From: Auanema rhodensis
Lineage: Eukaryota; Animalia; Nematoda
Assembly (NCBI GenBank): GCA_964057225.1
Contig: OZ059896.1
Span: 10,664,001-10,728,000, forward strand
Reading direction: 5' to 3'
Length of the DNA: 64,000 nucleotides
The notes beneath the pieces are model-generated. The model searched no databases and had not been told where the DNA came from. It saw nothing but the letters and a program-made list of their open reading frames with translations. Numbering within the stretch: position 1 is the first letter of the stretch; each line of letters opens with the position of its first letter. A program made the translations under genes and the position numbers. This document shows positions 39,020 to 52,694 of the stretch, one piece after another.

Positions 39020-39790
39020 GTTATAATCCGATTTTAGCAAAGAATTCAGTTATGTGCTCATAATTTCTTTGTTTGATATTAAACAGTTTTTCGGAAACTC
39101 ATCGAATACTCCTTTTTTTCCTTTCAACCAGTAGCGATTTATTAGCTTTTCTAGTTCATCTAAGAACAACTTTCTGCTGAATACTTCAAAACCAGTCATG
39201 AAAACAGACTTTGTTGAAAGGAGTTAGCTCTCTCGGGTTGTAGTATCTTGAAATCCACTTTCACTACCTTATGCGGATTTACTCTTCTGATCATTGTCAA
39301 ATCGCTTCTTCTATAGAATAAAATAGAAAGTTTAATTCACCTGTTGGCATTCTGCCATATTTCAAAGACAACCGGCTTGCCGCCCAATCGGACAAGTTCG
39401 GAGTCTAGTTGATTCCTCCGTTTAGCTGTCGGAGTCTGTTTGAATGCCGTGTGTATGAAGAAACAGGAGGAGCTTAATCCCTTTCACTACCATTTATACA
39501 ATATGCAGTTCCCATCAGATCTGTCATCCCTGTTTTTCAAATATTAGATCGATGATCAGGAACTTCATTCAATTTTTTGAATAAACTATTCATAAATTTA
39601 TAAACGAATAATGTAATCATAAGCAGATTTCTATTGCCAATAACTCTTTTTGACATAATTTCGAGACAAAATTGAATTTAAACTTATTTCTTCCCGTGGC
39701 TTGTAATTCAAGTTTTTACTCATAATTCGAGACCAATTATTCCAATTTCTTCATCCTGTTCATCTTCACCACTTTCTAGTAAGCTGTAAA
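39020..39790 (-). pseudogene. Degenerate coding-like remnant, possibly retrotransposon gag
   Basis: Stop-interrupted frames; segment FLDELEKLINRYW…SFRKLFNIKQRNYEHITEFFAKI resembles the gag L..LKQ…E…F motif. Confidence 0.3.
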
Positions 39791-41003
39791 TTCAACTCTG
39801 TTGAAACTTTCCATATTTTTAATATTGATTTTATGACCTTCAATATGATATATGTATTATATCCACAGTTTGTTTTTATCCAAATTATTTGACAATCAGC
39901 AGTAGCTGTCAATCTGCCTTTAGTATGTCAAAGGAAATACTAGCACTTTGACAAACAAACACCTAAGGAAAATACTTGCATTAGACCAACAAAGGAAAAC
40001 CTAAGTTTATAGCTGTTCTATCTGAACCGGCGGACCATAAATTAGTCTCTAGTTTCTCATTTTGAATATCATTTTCTTTTCTTTTTCATTTTAGCCTTAT
40101 TAAGAATATGTACTCTTGATACATAATTTTTCGTTTTCCGGTTCAATTATCTGTGAACCAAGGGATTTATATCTTGATTTTAAGAAATACGCACATTTAT
40201 TCTGAAATAAGTACTATTTCACCTTAAGAAAGTTGCAACCTCTCAAGGTCACAGACATAGTAGTCACGTGAAGGGTGACTATTTAAAACTTGTATATTCT
40301 TTTCCCTTACCCTATTTAAAATCGCAGGTTCAATTGGACAGCTGTTTATTAATGTTTCAACCATTGAAAGCAACAATGTTATTTAAATATTGTATTAAAT
40401 TTTTTTAAGCTTTCATTTTGCTCACTTATTATGATGTTCTGATTACATTTTTTTATTTGTTTTTTTCTTATATATAAATACTATCAAATTTCAATGTTTT
40501 TTTATTACATCTTATATATATTTTCGCTTTTGCTCAACGCTTACGCTGTTCCGCATTGCCACCATACTAGAAATATTCCCCATGTTTATTGCAAACCGTT
40601 ACTAAATAATATAGATAGAACTATATATAAAATGACACTGAACAAAAATTTATGCCTTTTTTGTTTTTAACGATGTATTCATTACGTTAGTTAGTTGTAT
40701 TCTAGCAACGTAAACATTTATTTTACCAAACAAAAGTGCTTTTGAATGTGATGTTATGTCCAGTTATTCTGGAAACATACTTATCTGCCTATCATATCAT
40801 TCCTTTCACCTGTGGTTCAAGATGAAAAATAATATTCGTCATTAAAATATGAGTGAAAAATTACTATTTGTTCTAGATTTAAAAAACAGTTTAACTTCAT
40901 CGTAATACAATCATTCTACCGTTCTCTTTTTTACATTCTAAAATTATTTTTCTGAGATAAACATCACAACTTCAGCTTTGACGACTCAATTTTGCTCCTG
41001 ACT

Positions 41004-41456
41004 ATGCCTGACTGCCCTCGTTGCAACAAAGTTGTGTATTTCGGTAGGTTTTTGAGAAAAATAACAATATCTAAAAAAAGTTTTAGCTGAACGTGTGACA
41101 TCCATTGGTAAGGACTGGCACCGACCTTGTCTTCGTTGTGAGAATGAAGCTTGCAAGAGAACATTAGCAGCTGGCTCTCACTCAGAGGTTCTGACATAAA
41201 ATTACTGAACCTATTATTTTTAACTTTCAGAGAGATGGCAAACCATACTGTAACCGATGCTATGGAGCTCTCTTTGGTCCTCGTGGTTATGGCCATGGTG
41301 GAGTTGAATCTCACACATTCCACCATGGGCAAACTGGAAAGGTTAGTTCTATAGATGCTTCTTAAACAATATTTTTTCTTTTTGTTTACTATTAATTAGT
41401 TATCTGCATGGTTTTGTTAAAAGTTAAAACTTTGATAGTAACACTTTCAGGTCTAG
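41004..41456 (+). CDS. exc-9: CRIP-type single LIM-domain protein (EXC-9-like), 4 exons
   Basis: [85 protein letters not shown]; could be the paralogue valv-1. Confidence 0.88.
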
Positions 41457-42213
41457 ATCGATGTGCCAGTTGACCGAAGCCCTTGTCCCAATCGTCATAT
41501 CGTCAGATACGATTTTTTGCCTCTCAGAAATGTTTCTTCCAATTAATGATCTTTCGAATATAAAATCATCAGCTCTTCAAGATTGTATCAAGATGAAATA
41601 AATATGTACTTAATTATGTTCACCTTGCGATTGAAAAATCTTCACTAATTGCTTTATGACTTCTATTTCATGTTCTCATTGCAGTTTTAGTGTATTATTC
41701 TGTATTACATTCCGTATAAAGTATGCTTATATTTTTTGTGTGAAATAAGTAATAGTCTCACTTGATTTGTTACTCTTGAGTTATTTTATTAAAATGATAA
41801 AAAAACTTTTGCAACTAGTAAGTAAAAAAATTTACCACGAATCTATACCTTTTTTTAAAATAGCGTTAAATATATAAATATCTTGAAAGGCATAAAACAA
41901 TATTAAAAAAATTAAAACTTTTTTCTTATTTTAATTTTAAAAATTCATAAATTCATTGAATTAACTATATAATTTTTTAATTGATAAATAAAACAACTTT
42001 TTAGAGATTACTAACTTTTATTTTAAAACTATTTAAAATTAATTATTTGCCGCTAAATCATAGTTTTCTTGCTGAAACCGAAATTGAATATTCAAATTAA
42101 TTAATAGGGTGGCGTCATTTCGTATTCAACTTTCGTCGTTGTTGGTCGAGCATAGTTCGTTTTTTATCTTAGATTTATGAAAAGTTTGTTCATTCATTTT
42201 AGATTTTTAAAAA

Positions 42214-43751
42214 ATGCCCCCTGCTGTGATGACGTCGAATCCTTCGGAGAGCCCGATGAAAGTATCGCCTGTAGGAAAAGATGTAACTTTTTAAATTTAC
42301 TTTAAATTGATTTGTTTTATTATTTACAGTGGAGTTCTACATTCCCTGATACGTTTGATACAAAAACTGAATCAGATTTATTTATGACCAGATGCCTGTA
42401 CGTTGCTTTTTCACATATCTTGGAAAGTCGTCGTTTGATTCCCACAGATGTTTTTAAGAAAAGAACAATCGAAGGTTCATACATTGATATTTCTAATTAA
42501 GGATATATATATATATGTTTATAGGCATAGTTAAAACGTATGTGATGAATCTGAAACACCCACTAGGCCTTAGAATAGCTAATAAATTTCGAGGTGCAGG
42601 TGAAGCTATAAAGTGCGGCTACTTGGACAGTTTTGTTTTGGTCATTTCTTCCAATGAAGAAAACCCCAATGATGCTATTGAGGTTTATACTTGGAAAATG
42701 AAGTATAATGATGATGGAACTTGCTCAGCTTCTTTATCTGGGTAATTATGACTACTTTAGTATTTTAGTAAAGTGAATGATTCAGACGTGACGAGGAAGC
42801 CTTTGCTAATGTATGTTATACTGGGCCAGACTCTGTCAAAAAACAAACGAAATCTCTACTTCTTCGTGTGCGTCATATTTGTAGAAATCTTTTAGCTGCT
42901 ATTCCATCAGGAGCTTGCCCTTCCTTTAGAATCACGTATACTAGCAGTAAGTATCAAATTTGCAACTATTCTCATTATCAATCTTATTTCAGAAGCTCCA
43001 AAAGGTTATCAAGCAGAGGGCTTCAAACCTTTCCCAACCAAAGATATATATAACCTCGACGAAAGAGCTAAGGATGTTAATATTTGTGGAGTCGCTACCA
43101 GTCAAATGAAGTAAGTTATATATTTCTTCTATCTCCATACAATATTTATATTTACAGAATGCTTCTATCTGTTAAAAGTATCTTTATCGACGATGAGTAT
43201 ACATTGTGCTGTCGATTAGATGAAATGAGTGAATCTGAAGCTGGAGATATTTCTTTGTTGAATCAAACTGTTAACAATAACTCGCTTAATGATTCTATTG
43301 AACAAGCTCGATTAGATGTATGTTAATAATTAGTTTACCATTTTTTGAAAATTAATTTACAGGGGGGAATTAATACCAGCTCTGATTCTGTTAGTTCAAC
43401 GAGAATTCGCAGAACTACTAAAAGACTTATCAATAAGGAAGAAGGTAACATATTTATTATTTACAATTTTCACTTTTCAACCGTAGAACCAGTAGTTGCC
43501 AAGAAATCGGCAAACCAAGAGGAAAATACAAAACCGACTCGTCGAGCTCCAGGCAGAAAACACGTTCGTGAAGAAATTGAGGTAACTTGAATATTTTTTT
43601 AATATAGTAATTGTGATTCTTAGAATGAATTTGAAACTACTTTACCAGGATATGCATCGAACGTCACTCAGGTAAGAATTTTAAAAATTATTATTAATAA
43701 GTTTCATCTAATTTTTTTTAGTTATCTCCTGAAGCCTCTCCTAAAAAATAG
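42214..43751 (+). CDS. Meiotic HORMA-domain axis protein, HTP-1/HTP-2-like, copy A
   Basis: WSSTFP…FMTRCLYVAFSHIL…AGEAIKCGYL…AIEVYTWK…SFRITYTSKAPKGYQAEGF aligns with the HTP-1/2/HIM-3 HORMA core. Confidence 0.9.
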
Positions 43752-44440
43752 ATACTAAATAATTTTTATATAATTTTATCCGTTACTTGTTCCTGTAAAT
43801 AATTTTCCTGTTGGAACTTCTTGTGAGTGTTTGTTTCATAATTTGATTTTAATTAGTGTTTGTTGCAAAACTAATAGTTGCTGTTCAAATAAAAAATCTT
43901 CAAAGAATAACTATCATATTTCAAAGAAAGACCTCACATCTCAATTGATTGGTTTTCTATTTGCTATGGTTTATAAATGCCAAATAAGTTGCTTATTCCA
44001 TTTGCTGTAAACCGAAATAATTTAATATTGTTAATGAAATTTGTCTGTCAGTTTATTTTAAATTGGAATATAGTTTTTAAGTAACTCGGATAGAATTTTA
44101 TAGAATCTGTCAATAGGGACTAATACAAGATTTTGGAATTCAATGTACTATAAATCACTTCGGATCGAGATTGTTTAGCATCAAACTTTATATAGAGCAT
44201 CAATTTTTTTCTTGATCAGCTATTGTAAAACTAAAGATATATTTATTCTAATTTTTACACGTCAATTACGTGGACAATATGCTAATGTGGGATAGTATTG
44301 TGTTCCGCGTCCCCTCAGTTTGAACTAAGCTATTTTAAACGACAGCAGAATTTTAATCTCCAGCAAACTTTTTACCATTAGTAAGATATCTTGTATTTAT
44401 TATAAACATTTTCATAACATAATTTTCGACTTTTGCTGCT

Positions 44441-45972
44441 ATGCCTCCTGCATTAATGCTACCAGTTACATCAGAGAGTCCGTTGAAGATTGCAACAGCA
44501 GGAAAAGATGTACTATAATAAAGATAAATTTGAACTGAAGATATATATTTATTATTTTTAGTGGAATTCAACATTCCCTGATACATTTGATATGAAAGAT
44601 AACTCAGATTTGTTCATGACCAGATGCCTGTACGTTGCTTTTTCACATATCTTGGAAAGTCGTCGTTTGATTCCCACAGATGTTTTTAAGAAAAGAACAA
44701 TCGAAGGTTCATACATTGATATTTCTAATTAAGGATATATATATATATGTTTATAGGCATAGTTAAAACGTATGTGATGAATCTGAAACACCCACTAGGC
44801 CTTAGAATAGCTAATAAATTTCGAGGTGCAGGTGAAGCTATAAAGTGCGGCTACTTGGACAGTTTTGTTTTGGTCATTTCTTCCAATGAAGAAAACCCCA
44901 ATGATGCTATTGAGGTTTATACTTGGAAAATGAAGTATAATGATGATGGAACTTGCTCAGCTTCTTTATCTGGGTAATTATGACTACTTTAGTATTTTAG
45001 TAAAGTGAATGATTCAGACGTGACGAGGAAGCCTTTGCTAATGTATGTTATACTGGGCCAGATTCTGTCAAAAAACAAACGAAATCTCTACTTCTTCGTG
45101 TGCGTCATATTTGTAGAAATCTTTTAGCTGCTATTCCATCAGGAGCTTGCCCTTCCTTTAGAATCACGTATACTAGCAGTAAGTATCAAATTTGCAACTA
45201 TTCTCATTATCAATCTTATTTCAGAAGCTCCAAAAGGTTATCAAGCAGAGGGCTTCAAACCTTTCCCAACCAAAGATATATATAACCTCGACGAAAGAGC
45301 TAAGGATGTTAATATTTGTGGAGTCGCTACCAGTCAAATGAAGTAAGTTATATATTTCTTCTATCTCCATACAATATTTATATTTACAGAATGCTTCTAT
45401 CTGTTAAAAGTATCTTTATCGACGATGAGTATACATTGTGTTGTCGATTAGATGAAATGAGTGAATCTGAAGCTGGAGATATTTCTTTGTTGAATCAAAC
45501 TGTTAATAATAACTCGCTTAATGATTCTATTGAACAAGCTCGATTAGATGTATCCTAATTGTTAATATACTATATAGAAAATTTAACTTTCAGGGAATGA
45601 ATAGCAGTTCCCATTCCGGTAGTGCTGAAACGACAATTCGTCGAACAACTAAACGACCCAGTAATAAGGATGATGGTAACATACCTATCTATCTCATATG
45701 ATCAACAGCATTTAATTGTAGAACCAGTAGTTAGTAAAAAGTCTACAATTCAAGAAGAAAGCATGAAAACTACCCGAAGAATGAAAAAAATAAGTCCTGT
45801 AGCGAAGGTATATTTTTTGATTAATATATGTATATATATAACAAAAATTACAGAAAACAACACAGAATTGTTTACCAGGATATGTTTCTAATGTAACCAA
45901 GGTATGTTTTGAAAGTTTATTTTTTTACAACGAGTATTTTAGCTATCACCTGAAACTTCCCCTCGTAAATAA
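44441..45972 (+). CDS. Meiotic HORMA-domain axis protein, HTP-1/HTP-2-like, copy B (tandem, offset 2232 bp)
   Basis: Same exon structure; core amino acids identical to copy A, termini diverged. Confidence 0.9.
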
Positions 45973-46128
45973 TTGGTAAATACGCTGTTCTACTGTTTGC
46001 AGCATATTAATGTTTTTGAATTTCGTATTTAGTAGTATACCTCACTGTAAAATTCATTATATAATAAGTATGATTTTGTTTTTCAATCTTAAAAATAAAA
46101 ATAAATGCAAACCAATTCATATTTATTT

Positions 46129-49100
46129 TTACAAGAAATGTAAAAGTAACACAACAGATAAACATATAAACGGAGACAATTGATGAATGATAATTGATGA
46201 CGCTTGAGATTTTTTTAGTTTTTGGGTAGGACTCCCATCATTAATCTAAAAGATCTACAGAAATTACTTTATGCGATTTTATAATGTCATATTTACCTTA
46301 TCCATAAAAAATGGTCCACAGCTATTAGGAAAATTTGGTGGCGGTGCGGGAATTTCATCTTCTTCACCAATCTGGATTAATTAAAATTAATATTCAAATT
46401 AAATTTCAGATTAACTTTAAAAGCATATGCAGTTCCTCCCATGTGATGTAACACTAGATGACAGTGCGCGAACCACCAGCCGGGATTAGAAGCACGGAAT
46501 CTAAAAAAAATTGTTTGTTTATTTAATTAAGTCTTCCATGCCTGATAGTGATATAACCCCCAACAGGAAGAACAACTGTATCTCTTTCGGCTGGTCTTTC
46601 TCTGATATTGGGAATGGCTCCATCTAACCAACTTGGATCAGACCATGTGGAATCATCACAATTTTCCTAAAACTTGCTTGAGAAATTGTTTAATTTTTGT
46701 GTATTCACTTCAGGCCCTCCGCAAGCGATGTCAGGATTCATACGTTCGATCATTCCACTCGCATTATACACTGGCCAACCAACCTTTGAAAAAATAATTT
46801 ATATTCCTCTTTAGAAAATAAACAAAATAAAACCTTAACAACATAGAAATGAGTGCCATGAACATGGAATGGATGAGCGTATCCTGTTCCATAGCCACCC
46901 CCTTGTCCCATGTTGTATATTGTTAACTAAAAAATTAAATTAGGTATATTGGAGAAAAAAAATAGAATTTCGAGCATTACCTGAACTATACTATTGAGTT
47001 TATGTCGGAGATGGAAGAAACAATTGCAATTTCTATCAAACTTCGATGCATTTTTTGGACATAGATCAGGATCGCAGGGCTATAAACCATTTTCTTATTT
47101 TTTATTTATTTTCTTTATGAATTTATATTTCTTCTATTTACCTTTGATATCTGATGAAGTGAATTTTCTTGATAATACGGTATGCCGCTGGGATATTCGA
47201 ATTTGTACCGATTGACATGAGAATCGAAGTGCATATTAATAAAATATTCCTAAAAACAATAAATGCTATTCAAGTTTTTCTTAAGGATTACCTCAAAAGA
47301 AGATTTTTTATATGGCGAATTATGCAGTAAAGATTTATCTAATTTTATTTTTCTTCCGCTTTCCAGGCTATCAAAAGTTATACATTTATAATTGAATTCA
47401 GGTGCAAATTCTCTGAACGGACAATTTAAGACTGTACATTTTTTTTCCGAAGTACAGTCAATTGGCTCCACAACAGCTAAAATATATTAATTACTATTGT
47501 AAACCTCATACTTACTTACGCCACATGTACTTATCTTTTCTGAAAAAGCTTTTATGCTCATCAGAAATTTTATACTGAAGGAATGCGAATCCATAAGTAA
47601 CGGAAGCACGGGTCCAATTCCAGTTATAATACTCAATAGTTTCAATTTGCATACGGTATAGCGATTTGTCAGGATTAGTAAGGGTATGTACAAGTACATC
47701 ATATCGTTCACCGGGGAAAATTATTAATCTTGAAACCTAAAAAATATCTATTCATGACTAAAGTTGGATTTACTTGCATTAACAGGTTTAACTTCGCTTC
47801 CATCCGCTGCTACAATTGTCATCGGATGACCTTCGATATGAACCATCAGTTCTTGGGCAATACCTCCATTGACAATACGGAATAGAACTGATTTATCTAA
47901 AAATAGAAAAAAAAACTTGTTTAATGTTTAATATTTGACTCCACCTATAGGAACTCTAAAAATTTCTAAGGGCAGCTTGTGAGGATGTTTCCGGATATCT
48001 TCCTGATTATGCCAGCCCTTATCGTTCACAAGAATAGCAGAAATAGGAACAGCTCCACCAACATTACCTGAAAATTTCATCAGTTACAATCAAACTACTG
48101 ATAAAAAGTAAGTTGCATAATATTAAATTTTACTTCCGTCGCGCAATCTGGTGGGCATCCAGCATGTATTCGAATCATCATAACCATATAGCCATTTCAT
48201 TAGTTTTTCGTCCAGCATCATCCATGAATCTTCATTGCTTGTAGTAGCCCAATCCTAAAATTACTTCAATAGATATACATAATAAGAAAATGAATGGACA
48301 ACGAGAATATACCTGTAACATAACCATATACTCTACATCAGGAACAACACGACTATCTGGTTTACTAGGAACGGATCTATCATTTGTATCAACAACTACG
48401 AAACCTAAGAACAACACATTTAAAAAAGTAAATTCATTTTTGGAACCTCCTAAAAGTCCATCTCCACGATCAGATTGCAAATGACCATGATACCAATGTG
48501 TACCTATTCGATCAGCTATGAATCTATATTCATAACTAAAATTGTTTTAGAAAATGAATTGTTGTTTTGTAAATAGCTAACTATGTTGTGCTGGTTATTG
48601 GACACTGTTGAACAAAAGCCACACCATCTGCATACCATAAATTTTTTTTATATAAACCATGGACGTGAATAGTAACAGAATCCAATAAAATATTATTCTG
48701 AACTTTCAAAAGCACTTCAGCTCCATATGGTACTACAATTGTTTCACCAGGACTGAAAAACTTAACTTACTTTAGAAATAGCTGAGTGATTACCTTTTCC
48801 CATTTATGGTAATTACACGACGATGTAAACCATCCAAAGATAAAACATCAGCAAGATAATTATTATCTTCGGAATTTTTGTGTGAGAAATCCATTGTTGA
48901 AGAAACATTACAAGCAATAACTTGGTCTGGATTTCGTTTTAACCATGATCTCTGCAACCTATTCATAATAATTTCTTCTCTTGATAACTTACTGTGTGTG
49001 GGTTATAGTCAACTGGAATAGTGTGTTTGTATTCATCAACATTTGAAAAACTCATTGTGAGTTTTTTTTTAAGTACCATATCAAACTCATAAACTCCATT

Positions 49101-49237
49101 CTGAAAGTTAAAGTTGAAAGTTTAGAGTATATTGTTATAATAAATACCGCATTAGGTTTAGTAAGTTGTATAGGTGAAGCATTTGGCTTGAATGAAAAAA
49201 CTAAAGGAATATATAAGAAAAAGTGCAGGTAAAACAT
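46129..49237 (-). CDS. Multicopper oxidase (laccase-like), signal peptide and hydrophobic C-terminus (possible GPI anchor), multi-exon
   Basis: Copper-ligand motifs TIHVHG, HWYHGH, HPFHVHGTHF, WFAHCHLVLHH. Confidence 0.93.
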
Positions 49238-49672
49238 TTATAGTTTCCTTCATCCTTACACATGAGTCAGTATTTATACTGTTTTTGGACTCTTCATAAA
49301 CAACTTTTAAATTTGATAGTGACCATTGATAATCTCACACATATGATATTTCTTTACATTTAATCCACATGGTTGACAAAAATAGTTACTTTAAAAGAAA
49401 ACAAAAAAACATATGCAGGTCATGAGAGGGAGGGCTTCCCAAAATGATAAAACAATAGGGAATTGATAAAGAAATTGAGAATAATATTTTCGTTATTGTC
49501 TACCTGAAGGAGTATTAAGTATCTTAATTTCATAAGCTTCATATGGTAATTATGACTAATACTATATAACATACTTGTCTTTATTCTTTCTTTTTCAGTA
49601 GCAAAATTTGAAAACTGCTTTCTGACTGGTCATTTTGTAAACTAATTATATTTCGTGACCAAGTAATCATAA

Positions 49673-52422
49673 TTATGTCTCCGTTGTTACTCCGTTTAGT
49701 ACAATAATAACACTGGTTTCATCATTAGATTTAATAAGATAACAATCTTCGTAAAAAAATCCAAAAGCTACAAGACATTTTCAAACAAGTGAACAATTCG
49801 TAACAATGTTAAGCATGCAGATAATAATTTAAAGTCCACCGTATTTTTGATTACAACTTCGTAAAATTTCTCCTGATACCATCCAGGAAAAGATTTATCT
49901 TTTCTTTCCTCGAATATAACGCGCCTCCCACTTCCGATCAAACTTCTTCAATTTTCTGCGTAACTGTATAAGACAATATTATTAAACGAATGTTTGTGTT
50001 ACATACTATGATTCTGTCGCGTGGTTTAATATATTTCATATCTTCTGTTGCATAAGTCATGCACTTGGAGTAACATTTCTTAGGTAGTACAACATTTCTT
50101 CGAGTATGCAATGTAACACCACACCATTGTATTAAACTACTTTGCTTTTTAAATAAGATGGAATTGAATGATGTCTGAAATTAAATCCAGCAAATTATAA
50201 AGAGTATCCATAAAAGAACCTGAGTTTTTTCTTTACGGAAAAATAGTGAATATGGATTTGCAGGTTCTTGAAGTCTATCTAGCACCTCAAAAATAATTTA
50301 AAAGTTAAAATATTGTGAAAAATCATTACTTTCATAGCTTCTTCTCTAGTAGAAAGGATAAATAAATAATCGTCAGCATAGCGAAACATTTTAGAATTAC
50401 TATTCAAATCGGAAAACTTGAAAGTATCAAACGAACTTAGATACAACTAAAATATTGTTTAGTGTAAATAAACCAAATTAAAATAAAATTTACATGTGTT
50501 AAACGGGAAGATAAAATACAACCCTGGGGAACTCCTTTACCCATGCTAAAAATTTTACCCTTCTTGCCATCAATACGAAACTGAAACTTTTGTTTTGTTT
50601 GAAGAATAAAAAGCCTGTCTTACCTTTAAATCGTCTATAATGACCATTATGGTATCGACTACATTTTTCAAATACTAAATATCAGACTATTTGACTTCAA
50701 AATAAAAATTTATAAACATCAACTTTCCAAGCAGAAGATCCAATAATTCTCTCATTTTTCTTTATTTTTTTATTTAATTCACTTTTAGCTTCTCCTACTG
50801 TTCTTCCTGCAGCGCACATCTTGAAAGTTCTGCCAGAATCTAGAGATGATTGACAGGAAACTGCATAACATTCTCTGAATTAATAACAAAATTTTGCTGT
50901 GATAACACATATATAACACATACCTGTCTGCAACAACAATATCCAAAATTTCCCTTAGTAGTACATGATTTAAACTTGCAAAGCATTTTGTTACGTCAGC
51001 TTTTATATAATAAAGTTTTTGATCTAGAAATTAAAATACGCGATTCGTATTATATTTAGTCGTTACGGGGAAATTGAGTACGATGTTGGGAGAGATATGT
51101 TCTTACGTCCTTAATTGTTCTATTCACACCTACGTAAACAACATTTCAAAAATAAGAACGGCAAAACACTTACCTACTATTTTATTAATTCCATTATTCG
51201 TTGTGAAAAAATCCAAAGCCGAATTTAATAGCTGTAGACAACTTGTATAACCCCAATCTGCCCTCTGTATAGGAGTTACTTTTTTAAACTGTTATAATAA
51301 GAAAATACCTTATCAAATGGACAAATAGGACGTAGATTCGATGTTCGTGCAATTATGCGTACATTGCATACAGAGCCCTGGGAAGTATAATCAGATTTTA
51401 TTATTATTGTTAATACCAACTCTATGGGTTGTAGGGAGAGTTTTGGTCAATGAATAATCATGTTTAAACTTCTTTATTTCGATCTTTTTCCAAAAATTAA
51501 ACCCACGTTTTGAATAAAAAGAGAACTGTTTCCTTTTTGTCGAAGGGAAAACTAATTCGAGAAACTGCCTAACTAGAAGATAAGTCAATAAATATAGTTT
51601 GAAATTAACAGACATGGCACATGTCATAGAAAACCATGTACAGAAGTGTGCAAGTTCGTCCATAAGTTTACTTCTGAGGAGTTTAAGATTGTAATTAACA
51701 CCTATAGCTGCTACGAATGTTTTTTTCCTTGTAGCACGCAGAATATCACCTGATAATATTTCAAAAAAGAATTAACCAAATTTTTCCTTACTATTCAAGA
51801 AATTCAACATTGGATAACACATTGGAGGATTGGATAGAAAAACTATTTTGGTGATGAATTCTATAAGCACTGTAGAATTTTTCTCTCCTAAAAATCCCGA
51901 CGGAAATAATGTTTCAAAGATGAAACAGAATAATTTAAGAAGATGCGGCTTTCTCACTTTGCATGTTCTGGAACATAAGTTATGAGATTTTTTCTCTTTA
52001 ATGTAGAGTATACCGCATGAAAACTTTAACATCTTCACTATGATAAGGCAACATTAATAAAGCCTTCCATCGCCATGTCGTATTTATTTTGTTCACGTTA
52101 TCACATACTTGTTTCAAGTTCTAAAAAGAATAATGATAAACCCAGACTGACAAGCAACCTCAGTTAGTATATCGTATATCACAGTTCCTTTTATACGTTT
52201 CAAGGATCCCGGGCTTAATATATTCTCAATACATCTCTCTGGCTTGATGTGAAGAAGCTAAGAGAAACAATTAAATGTCCCAGAGAAACCTTTTCTTTTT
52301 CAAACCTTTTTTAAACCGGATGAACGAAAATTACCTTTCGCAGATATTCTAGGCAGTGATGTTACCACTGGAGGTCGAACATTACGACAGCATTTCAAAT
52401 CAATGTTATCGTCGTAAACCAT
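49673..52422 (-). CDS. trt-1: Telomerase reverse transcriptase, multi-exon; last exon uncertain
   Basis: T-like motif FYSKRGFNFW, motifs 1/2 VRIIARTSNLRPI, A KADVTKCF, B' GVPQGCILSSRL, C FRYADDYLFI, E QWCGVTL; many spliceosomal introns rule out a retrotransposon RT. Confidence 0.9.
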
Positions 52423-52694
52423 TTGTATACATTGAACAGTTATTACACGATACTTTTATAAATCCCGTTTAATGCATTATTAAATAGTTGTTAGTATTTA
52501 TGTTACAGTACTGTAAGAATACAGTACGCAGTACGCAGCGTCCGCCAAATAAATGTTTGAATTCGGCTATATGCGAGTTTATCTGTTTGACATAATGCTA
52601 AGTTAAAGCTCCATTTTTTATTCGAAAAAATTTATTTTAAAAATACAATAGAGCTTTGGTGTGCTTTTTTTCCGATGATTTGTTTTTTTTAGCT

